Positions 11,101 to 23,100 of a stretch of DNA of 64,000 nt are shown piece by piece. Each line of letters opens with the position of its first letter. Positions within the stretch are counted from its first letter, which is position 1. Source of the stretch: a virus. The translations under genes and the position numbers were made by a program. The DNA lies in IMG/VR virus record IMGVR_UViG_3300042892_000474, positions 42,075 to 106,074 of that record; one strand, 5' to 3'. A model generated the notes under the pieces. That model worked only from the letters and a program-made list of their open reading frames with translations. It was not told the DNA's origin and made no database searches.

Positions 11101-14100
11101 AATGCAGGTGATGTGTTATCATATGGTCAATTCAATCTAAGTAATTTTGAACATGGTATTGTGTTTGATAACGTAACATTGTTCGGTGACATTATCTATA
11201 ATTTAACTACAGGATTACGTCAAAACCGTATTGCATTACGAGGTACAAAGAGTGCTGATTGGAATGGTACAGTCAATGCTAGTGGATTCATTTACAATCA
11301 AGATAATATCAAAGAATGGAATCGAACTGCAAAATATACTAAGGGTGAAATCGTTAAGTATAAGAACAAATATTGGGTAGCTACTAAGGTTATCCAAGCC
11401 AGTGAACTCTTTAAAGAAGCTGATTGGAAACGCACTGATTATGATGAAGTACAAAAAGGATTGTTACCTAACTCAAGCACACGTAGTTATGAAAGTTCGT
11501 TGTACTACGATATCGATCAAGCTAACTTGGAAAAAGATGCTGACTTACTAAGCTTCAGTCTGATTGGATACCGTCCGCGTGATTATATGGCTCTTGCAGA
11601 CTTGACAGACATTACGCAAGTCAACGTATACAAGAACATGATTAAGAACAAAGGTACATTGAACGCAGCTAGTGCATTCAAAGGCGCCACTTTGCCTCAA
11701 GGCGGCATTGATTATGAAATTTTTGAAAATTGGGCTATAAAGGCCGGAGAGTTTGGCGGTGTACTAAACAACAATTTTGTAGAATTTAGAGTTAACGAAA
11801 AATCAATGACAGGAAATCCTGCAATAGTAGGGTTGACTCAGGGAATTTACAATCAAGGTGTACAACAAGAAGTCCCGTTATACTCATTGTTCAACTACGG
11901 TAGAACCATTACAAACGTTAATGTTTTGCCTACAACTACAGAAACTATCAGTACATTGTATCCTGATGCAGGATATGTAAATTACAATGACATTAAAATG
12001 TCTGCTTTCTTCTATTCTCAATTGGGAGTAGCAGTAGATAAAAATGGTTCTATCGTACCTATTCAAGACTTTTTTGTACGTGATTACGTATGGTTAGCCA
12101 ACTACTTAGAGCAATGGCAAGTTTACACACCTGTGTCAATGGGTCAAGTAACTACTGTAAAAAATAACTTAAATGAAACAATTACTGTAACATTTAACAA
12201 ACCTCATAATCTAACACAATATCAACCATTTGCTATTGTGAATTTTGATCCTGCGATTGATGGCTATTATCTAGCAACGATTGTGATTGATCAAAACAGA
12301 GTGTTGGTAAACAAAGTTTTAGACACTAGCATCAAGACCATTAATGGTCAAGGTGTTGCTATGAAGTTTACTTCTCAACGTGTTGCAACTCCTGCAGAAA
12401 TTGCAAACTTACCATTAACAGAAGCAGAATTTAGAAAGAATACAGTATGGGTAGATACTGATGCTTCTGGATCATGGGGCGTATACAGAAAAAATATAAA
12501 CTATACATTAGAAAATCAAGTAACTAAAGCATCTTCTCAATCATTGGGAAGTGCAGTTGCGATAAGTAGCCAATTAGGTTATGTGATCAGCGATGCAGAT
12601 TTGGGTCAAGTGTATCGTTACACCTTCAACGATTTGAATAATGCATATGAACTTGTACAAACTTTAGTTGGTAACCCTACATTTGGTAGTACTATTAGTT
12701 ACGCGGGTGATCTATATGCAATTGCGGAAACAACAGGTGCGGCTAGTAGTGTTAAATTGTATCAGTTGCAAAGTACAACAACATCAGATGATTTGGTATT
12801 AGTACAAACTATACCTTATGCTGCCGCGCTCGATGATCTTTGGGGAACAGCAATATCAATATCAAAAAATCAAAATTGGATTTATATATCTGATATTGAT
12901 AACAACACGGTACATGTGTATCAACGTTCAAATATTGTTACTACAGCGGGGAACTTTGAATCGACAGAAACATATATAATCAATTCAATCGGTACTACTG
13001 ACTTTACTAGTATTGGAGCAACATCTAACGATGTAGGCACGGTATTTATTGCAACAGGGGTAGGCACAGGCACCGGAGTAGCCACAAAGATTACATTCAA
13101 TGCAGTTACTACAATAGATGGTGATGCATTGGGATTGACTAACTCCGGTGATAAATTTGGATATTCAATCGCTACAGAATATGATAGCAATAAAATAATT
13201 ATAGGAACTCCCTACAAAGATGAAGGGTCTGTTGACAAATGGGGTCGCACCTATGTCTTTCAGCGTCTGTCTCAAAACCTAGAAATTCAATACAACACTG
13301 TATCTCCAAACACGCAAACATTGCAACTAGCTTGGACACCTTCTTCTACTGAATTCACAGTCACTGATACTAATGCTACAACAGATAGGATAACATTATC
13401 AACATTGCCTAATCCGGCTACTGACGTTGATAAGCCTATCATGTTTATTGGTTCTGGTTTTACTGGAACTGAAATAACTACATCAAAGGTATACTACATC
13501 GCTACGGTTTCGGGGTATGATATAACTATCAAGGAATCAAGAGAAAGTGCAACTGTTGTTCCTCTTGCAACAGTTGCCGGCATGACAAATGCTAAAGCAT
13601 ACTTACAAGACGATACATTGTTTGTATCTAACAACGGAACATTGATACAAGACAGTAATTATGCAGTAATCAGTGATACGTTAGTGTATACTGCTTCATT
13701 GAATGCAGGTGATATAATTGACGTAAATGGTCATGAGATAACGTTGTTACAAAACATTGCGCCTGCAGAAGCTCCTCAAACCGGCGCCCAGTTTGGTACA
13801 AGTGTAACAACCAATAATACTGCAAGCGAGATATTAATTGGAGCACCGTTCCAATTAAGTACACAAACTTCAGAGGGTGTAGTATATCGTTACACAGATC
13901 CAGGCGCCGCTTATGGTATGTATGTGGGTACAACTGACTGTAATGTCACTACAACTAGAAAAATATTATTAAATGGATTCTTAACCTACATACCTGTAGG
14001 TAACGCAACCGTAGTAGCGAATGCTATAAATTCATCTAACATAACTAATGTTGCCGCAACAGCAATTAACGGAAAATTAGTTATATTATTAGTGGATAAT

Positions 14101-17100
14101 AGTCTAGCTCCTATCAACGAAAAATTATGTTTAAGCATAACTGATACTACTACATTATCTGAATTGGGAATTACTGTATTTGACATGACTCAAGAAATTG
14201 TATGTCCACATAATATCGGCCCAACACAATTTGGTACAGTAGTTAAGTTTAATGAGTATGGTAGTTTTGTTGCTAGTGCCCCAGTTGGTACTAGATACTC
14301 TGCTACTACCTTTGACTTTGTTGATGACGAAAATCAAGACAATGATACGTTGTTTGATAACAATACTACATCTTGGATAGACGAATCACCAAATTTTGGT
14401 GCAGTGTACATGTTCGACTACATCTCACAGTACAATGAAAGTTTATTAAATCTAGGTAAATTCGTATATGCGCAAAGTGTTAACTCACCAAACTTAGCAT
14501 ATACACCGTTTAATACTTACGACCAAGCAACTGATGTAACTACAAGTAATCAACCACTGTATGGCACTGCGTTAGACTTTAATAATTACGGAGTAATTGT
14601 AGGTACTCCCGGTGATGTAGGTTCTACAACCGGATCCGAGTACGCCGGCTCTGCAACAGTTTATAACAACAGTACTGGTGTAAAAGATTGGGCTCTGTAT
14701 AGATACTCTGCTCCAATCGTAGACATTAACAAGATTTTTAATATTCAGTTGTTCAGCGCAGAATCGAATGAGACATTGATTAATATGGATTACATTGATC
14801 CATTGCAAGGAAAAATATTAGGAGCAGCAAGAGAAAATATTGACATTATTTCTAACGTTGATCCTGCAAATTACAACAACGGCGATACCGTTACAGGCGG
14901 CCTAGTATGGGGAGCAGATCATGTTGGTAAAGTTTGGTTAAACACTAAGAATCTTCGTTTTGTAAACTATCATCAAAACAATGACGTTTCTTATAACAGT
15001 CAATATTGGGGTACATTGTTTCCTGGTAGTGACGTATCAGTTTGTAGTTGGGTAGCAAGTAATGTACTACCTGGCGAATACAGAGGGCCAGGAATACCTG
15101 TTGATGTAACTTCATTCTCTATTCAATATGTAATAGACGCAGCCGGCGCACTTGCTCCTGTCTATTATTTCTGGGCTAGAAATACAAATACTATATTCTC
15201 AAACAATGGTAAGACATTAGCAGATTCTATCATTGCATCTTATATTGAAAATCCAAAAGCATCTGGTATAAGTTATTTTAGTCCTATTCTTCCTAGTGTT
15301 TACGGATTGTATAACTCTGGTGATTATATCAATGCCAATGATAGTGTATTACACATTGGATTTGCTACAGGTAACAACGATGACGTATCGCATGAACAAT
15401 TTAATTTAATTCGTTCAGGATTCCCTAGTGATTTCTTACCTGGAGTTCCAAATACAACTAATGAAATACCTGATAGCTTGTATGATCGTTTATTAGACAG
15501 CTTATGCGGTGTTGATGAAACAGGTGCAATTGTTCCTAATCCATATTTGCCAAAAGCAGTTCAAACGGGTATACTAGCAAGACCTCGACAGAGTTTTTTC
15601 CTAGATCGTTTTACTGCATTAAAAAATTATCTACAGTATGCAAATTCTATATTAACTCAGTTCCCCATAACTGAAATCAGACAATCTTCATTCTTGACAT
15701 CATCAGGTGAGTTCTATGATACTAGAGACTATTGGGAATTTATTAATTGGTGGGCAACAGGTTATGATGACAACATAAAATCTGCATTACAGGTTCCTAT
15801 CTATGCAGATTTATCTACACTGTCAGTCATCCCTGGCACTATAGTAACTGTATCTACTAACATGAGTGGTAAAGCAGAAACTTACATATTCGAGTTAACC
15901 GGTAATTGGAGACGTATTGGTTTAGAAAACGGCACAATACGCTTTAAATCATCATTATGGGATTATGAATCAGTTCGTTTAGGTTACGGTGATAACTTCT
16001 TTGACACTGATACTTATGATGTTTATCCTAGTGAAGAAACACGCAAAATTGTTCGTGCATTGAACGAACAAATATATACGGATGACCTATTGGTATACAG
16101 AAACCGTAGTTTGATTTTGTTGTTTGAATACATTCAAAGTGAAACCACAGAAAGTCAAAATTACTTACCATGGCTAAACAAAACATCATTCATTGATGTT
16201 GCACATACTATACGTGAACTACGACCAATCGAAGTATTCCAAACGGATAATCAAGATTTCTTGTCAGGGTACATGAATGAAATAAAACCATATCATGTGG
16301 TTATCAAAGAATTCTTATTTAAGTATACTGGTAGCGAAGTGTATAGTGGAAATATTACTGATTTTGATTTGCCTGCAAAATATGACAAATCTCAAGCACA
16401 GTTTATAACACCTCAATTAGTTTATAATAGCGGTAACGGAGTAAATCAATTTACTCCTGACAATCCTATATGGGAAGAACAAGAATACTCACAGTGGTTT
16501 GAAAACCATGGGTTGTCTATAACAGGTGAACTTGATGCACACATAACAACATTAGCGTCATATATTTCATTGAATACTAAATCTTTTGCAGTTGATAATG
16601 CTCAAGGTTTACCTATCAATGGTATTTTAAAAATGGGAACCGAACAAATTGGATACTCATCAGTGGATCGTGCGTTAAATGTATTGGCTGGGTTAACTCG
16701 CGGAGTTAACGGAACCCCAATTACAGAACATATTCCTGGTGAAAACATATTTATGGATCTTCCTGCTGTGCTATTACTTGATGGCGGCAGAGGATATATC
16801 GAACCTCCTAAGGTTACTGCATATATTGATCCAGTGTTGTATCCGGCACCAACAAAACCTGCGGTGTTGAATGCAGTAATGAATTTAGATAGTGTATTGC
16901 GTGTGGACGTTGTTGATCCTGGCCAAGGATATACAGTACTACCAAAAATAATCATTGACTCATCTATTGTTGTTCCATTCTCAAGTACGGATGTAAACAC
17001 ATTCTCTAGCACTATTCAAATTTATGCTCCGTTATTGCAAACAGGAGACCTAATTCAATACAAAGTAGGAACTAACAGTACACCAATTGGTGGATTAGAA

Positions 17101-20100
17101 AACGATCAATGGTATTATATCAATGTATTAGAAACTGTACCTTCAGTTGTTTTGGGATTTTATGATAACTATGCTGATTGTATTAATGATCACGATAGAC
17201 TCCCGTTATTCAGTACAGGAACAGGTGCAAATCACACAGTTAATCTAGGTGCAAAGGCAAGTGCAATTTCTAGTTCATTACCTATAAGGCAAAATGATAT
17301 TGTATTAAGGTTTGATAGAACTGCGTATACATCAAAAGTCATTGAATGGGTAACCGGTAGATACTATGGTGCTTTCTTCGCCGGCACATATTCTAATAGC
17401 GAATCAATAGCAAGCTCATCAATTACTTTACAAAGTACTCAGCCACCAATAGCTGATATATTGGCTAGTGCTCAAGGTGTAGCATTTGAAATAACTGATT
17501 TGAGAAACGAGAGAACAGTAACGTATAGTTCTTTTATTCGTAATGTGCATAGCACATATGCGTCAAATGATGTTGTTAGATTAACTCTACAAGACGATGG
17601 TTCTGGTAATCCAAACGCATCTGGTGGTACTAATGGATTCTATATAGGAATGCCTGTAACATTTATCGGTGACATTGGATCTAGTGGTATTGTTAATGAA
17701 CAAGTTTACTATGTCAATAGTATTGTAAATCAAACTGATTTTACTTTGTCAATAAACAGTACAGGTAGCCCTTTATTACCATTGACTAATTGGACAGTAG
17801 GCCCGGCTGGACTAGAATGTTTTGTAGGAGAAGTTACCGATATTGCAGTTATTACTGTAAATTATCCTGGAATACTTGATGTTACATCAACCTTAGCAGT
17901 TACTAACAACATAACAGTACCGTTAAATGTTACAGGTACTGGTGGCACCGCTGGCTTCTACATTGATTTGCCTATCTTCTTTACAGGTACTGACCCAACT
18001 AAGATACAAAACGGAGTGTTTGGTGGAATCATAGAAAATGAAGTTTATTATGTAACTACCGTAGTAGACAATCAAACATTTACTATGTCTGAAACACAGA
18101 ATCCGCAGACGTTTAATGTAACTGCAACTGTTGCGTCTAATGACACTGTACTGATTGACGGTGATACTAATAAACTTATTGTCAATGAGCCTATAATTTT
18201 TAACACCATGATACTTGCAGGAGTTGAAAGTGCTACATTTGGTGGCCTAGTTTCAGGAACAACTTACTATGTTTCTTCTATTGTTAGCCCTAGTGCATTC
18301 CAAATATCAGCTACTGTTAACGGTGCTGTGTTACCGTTGTCTGATGTTTCGCCGGCAAGCAACACTTCAGCGTTGGTAACTAGTCAGAAAAATACTGTTA
18401 CATTGACTACCGCTACAGGAAACAGTATGGTAGTTAACGTTAGCTTACCGGTAAGTCCAGGACAAGTTAATGGTCAGTTGTTCACACTATACGAAACTTC
18501 TGGTCAATATCCTGGGTTAGATGGAACAAATGGAAATCTAATTACTAGAGGTGTTGCGGCATTGATAGGTGAGCGCACTTCAGGAATTGACGGATTACCG
18601 GTTGATGTTAACTCAATTGTAATGACTAACTATAACGCAGGTGACACTGTTGCAAGAGGGTTGACTAACATATATGTTAATATGCCTATAGAAATCTCAG
18701 AAGACCTATTCTTTACAAATGTGCTTGTTCCTGGAACAACTTATTATGTAGTAGACAAAGGCACTATTGAAATTGAAGTGACAAACACATCATCTTCAAC
18801 TAATGAATTGACTTGTGATACTACTGAGATGTTATTTGCTGATATGCCAATCACATTCTCTGGATCAGGCATTGGTGGTGCAGAAATTGATGTTGAATAT
18901 TGGATTAAAGAAATAGTAAGTGACACTAGATTCACAATCACTAACACGCCCGGTGGTTTAGAACTAACATTATCTACTGCTAGCGGATTGATGACCGGTA
19001 CTGGATTACCGTATATCAAAGTCGCAGGCAACCTCGGCGACCCTGCTGAGTATCCAGGTGACTCCCAACAAAGTGCATCAATCACAGCCGCAAACCCTGC
19101 GGTTATTACAGTCGCTAATGCTCCTGAAAATGGAACTACAGTAATCTTTAGAAACGGTACTGTACCTTCAGGCATGTCTTTGGGAACGAGATATTATGTC
19201 CGTAATGCTAATAGCACTACGTTCAATGTTTCGTTAACCGCTAGCGGTGCGTTAATAAACACTTCTTCTGGTTCACTATCAACTTCTACCATGGTCATCA
19301 CTACTGAAACTACAGTAGATCAAACGCCGCTAACAGTAGCTGAATTTGATGTAAGTTATATTTTAGGTGGATATAGAGTATTAATTAGCAATTTGGGTAC
19401 AGGATATGCAGTAGATAACACAATTGTTATTCCGGGAAATGAAATAGGTGGCACATCACCGTTGAACGACTTAACAGTAACTGTTAACTCTATTGGAACT
19501 AATGGTGAAATTACAAGCGTAATCTGTAACGGAACGGTAGCCGGTGATTCAAACCAATATTACTTAAAAGTAATTTCATCTACTGAGTTCGAATTATATC
19601 AGAATCAATTGATGACAGTTCCTGTAAGTGGTCTGTCATTGCCCTACGTTGGTATTACTGAAGCTACAGTTACTGCTGTAAGTTCAGCCAATGATAGATT
19701 GACAATTGGTGACACTAGTGTGTTTGATGTTAATGATGCAGTTGTGTTTACTGGATCTGTTCAGACAAACATAACAAATATTACTGAAGGTGAAACATAT
19801 TATATCTATGATATTCCATCTAGTACACAGTTTAGAATTAGCACAGTACCCGGAGACGTTACTACTATTGTAAATATAGTGACCACAATTGGTGTTAACT
19901 TTACAATGGCTAAATCAGGTTCGTTTGCATTGTTACCAGAGCCATTCATCTTCAATCAAAGTATTGTCAAATATAACAACCGAGTATATGTTTGTGTGAT
20001 ATCTAACAACGACACTGAGTTTGTATTCGGTAAGTGGGAATTATTAACTAGTGGCGACAGAAGATTAAATGCAATGGATCGTGTATTTGGTTACTATCAA

Positions 20101-23100
20101 CCAACTGATAACATGCCAGGCAAAGATTTGTCTCAATTGTTTGAAGGAGTAATATATCCAAACAGTACTTATTTGGGTAATGCGTTTGCGCCCGATGATC
20201 AGTATCCAATCGACACCATATTACAAGATCAAGCGTTCTATCCTGCTGATGTAGATATACATGCTGTTGTTTGGGATGGTGTGCGTTATTTGGCAGCAGC
20301 CGACATGACTGATTATTCTAGTGTAATATCAAGTCTAACCGGAGACGAATGGTCAATTCAAAAGTTAGCAAATAGTCCGATAAACACTACTGATATGATT
20401 TATGCAGGTGGTTATTATATAATGACTACCAACAATCCAGCAACCCCTGTGTTTAGAAGTATAGATGGTATAACATGGACTACTAATGGCTACTATACCC
20501 CGTATGGTTCTGTTCCGTATGATACTACAACCTATGATTTTACTGCACTGAGCATATCTTCATTGAATTTAAATTCAGTTGGATACAGAGATAACTTATG
20601 GGTCGCTGTCGGAGAAGGAATTGTTTCTAGCGATGATACCTATATTTGGAGACAACGATTTACATTCAGTAACCCTACATTGACTAATATCCTATACGGT
20701 GTTAATGGAGTTAGCGTTCCAAACTACATTGGATTTATCGCTGTTGGTAAAGGTCAACAGTTAGATTATTCAACTGGCGTAGGAATTACGATTGATGTAA
20801 ACATTGTTTTAACAAGCACTGACGGAATTAACTGGAATCAAATTCCTGCATTAAGTTCTAAGGGCTTCTACGGTGTTACACACAACAGTTCAAAAATTGT
20901 AGCTGTGGGTGAAGATGGAGTAATATACATATCTGATAACGGTGCAAATTGGTTAGGTGTAAATGAAGTTACAGTGATTAGTGCAAACGACTCATCTAAC
21001 GAATTGAACGTAACTAGCACCGCTGGATTTATAGTTGGAGATCAAGTTAAATTCTCAGAGTCATTCAACGTCTTTGTCGCAGGAACAACATATTATGTAG
21101 TTAATATAATATCGCTCACTCAGTTACAAGTAAGTGCTACTCCTGGTGGATTACCAGTAACATTGAACGTGTTTGATCCTAGTGAGACAACATATATGTT
21201 TGCACCAAGAACAACATCATTGGTTGATGTGTATTATGCAAACAATAGATATGTTGCTGTCGGTGATGCGGGGCTCATTAAAGTATCGATTGACGGTTAT
21301 TCTTGGGCCCAGCATAGTTCCGGAACTTCAGAGAATTTAAATGGAATTACCTATAACTCTACAAGCGGAGAATGGATAGCAGTTGGTGATAATAACACTA
21401 TTTTAATTAGTTCTGATAATGGTGTCACTTGGACTAGCTCATCAGTATTTGCAATACAACCTACGATCTATGATGTACAGGGTGCAGAATTTACATATGG
21501 TTATGGACCAGAAGAATTAGTTCCTGGTGTCGTTACTGATAACATTACGATGACAGTTGCGACTCGCCCTGGCACTAATTGGGATGAAACAATTTATGCT
21601 CACGTTGGTTATAACGTTGTTAGCATAGAGTACACTCCTACTTCAGGAACACAGACATTATATAGTTTTGATATAGGTAATTTGTACAACGTTCAGACTC
21701 CTGCTCAAATTGCAGTTTACATTATTGACGGAACTACAGGACTAAGCACTGCAATATATGAAACATTAAATTATACAATCAATTGGATTGATTATACGAT
21801 CACCTTAAATACTCCTCTTACTTTCTCACCCGTAGCAAACAACCTACGTGTAGATGTGTATGAAGTGGGTAATGGAAATCAGTTAGTTAAGTCTAGTACA
21901 AAATCTGATCCTATAAGAATTAATTCTTCAACTGGATGGAATGAAATTTACGTAAATTGTAATTATTCTGGACAAATATACGATGGTTCAGGTATCATAA
22001 GACCAGATACTCAACCAGTTGATGTTATTGCTACTATGACTGATAGCACAAATAACTCAATACTATGTGCAAGCGTAGAAGATTTTGTATTAAACAGTCC
22101 AATAACCTTTCAAGGTAGTGTGTTTGGTGGTATTGCAGAAGACACTACATACTATGTAAAAACTATTAGTTATGTAACCAATAGAATTACAATCTCAACT
22201 ACAATAAATGTTAGTACTGGTACTGCAGGATCAACATTAGCGTTGACTGATGGTACTGGTTCTATGAATGTTGTTATTAGAGTTGGATACGGAGCAGTGT
22301 GGACTAGCCCTATTATCTATCACAACGGTAGTAAATTATTAATAGGAACAACTAGTACAATTACTAGAACAAAAGCTAGTAACAATGCAATAACAACAAA
22401 CACTACTAGTGGTATGGTAATAGGGGAAAGAATAGTGTTTAGTGACACTATGTTTGGTGGAGTATTGTTGCCACAAACAACTTACTACATCAAATCTATC
22501 GTTGATCCTAACGAATTTACAGTATCTGCGACACTCGGCGGCCCAGTTATAGCATTAACAAACGCCACCGGGGGTGCAGAGTTTATATCTAACGACTATG
22601 CTTTTGGTATTGCAGATAACGGTATTAGTGCGTCAATTATCTTCTCAACAGGAGATTATGATGACAATGTTGATTACATTAGCTATACTTTATTTGGAGA
22701 AACTACTCCTACTCAGTATGGTTACACTATACCTGAAGTTCAAGTAATAAGTGCTACCGGAGCAACAGGTCCGTTCTCATTAGATAATTTTGTTGGTGAT
22801 AATAATCCTGATAATGCAATTGTAGAAGTAAATGGATTACGACTATTAAACACTACTGCGTATACTATAGATAGTAACAATAACGAAATCACATTTGTAT
22901 CTGCGCCTACGTTAGGTAGTACTATTGCCGTAACGACATTTAATAATACTGACCGTCAGTATTTAAATACTCAGTATAACATAACTGGTGTAACAGTTGC
23001 TAACATCGTTGACGTTAACAATACCATAACACCGGTTGCCGCTATCACTAATTGTACAGCTTCAAATGGTACAACAGAGGTAATAACTTGCGTTTCAACT

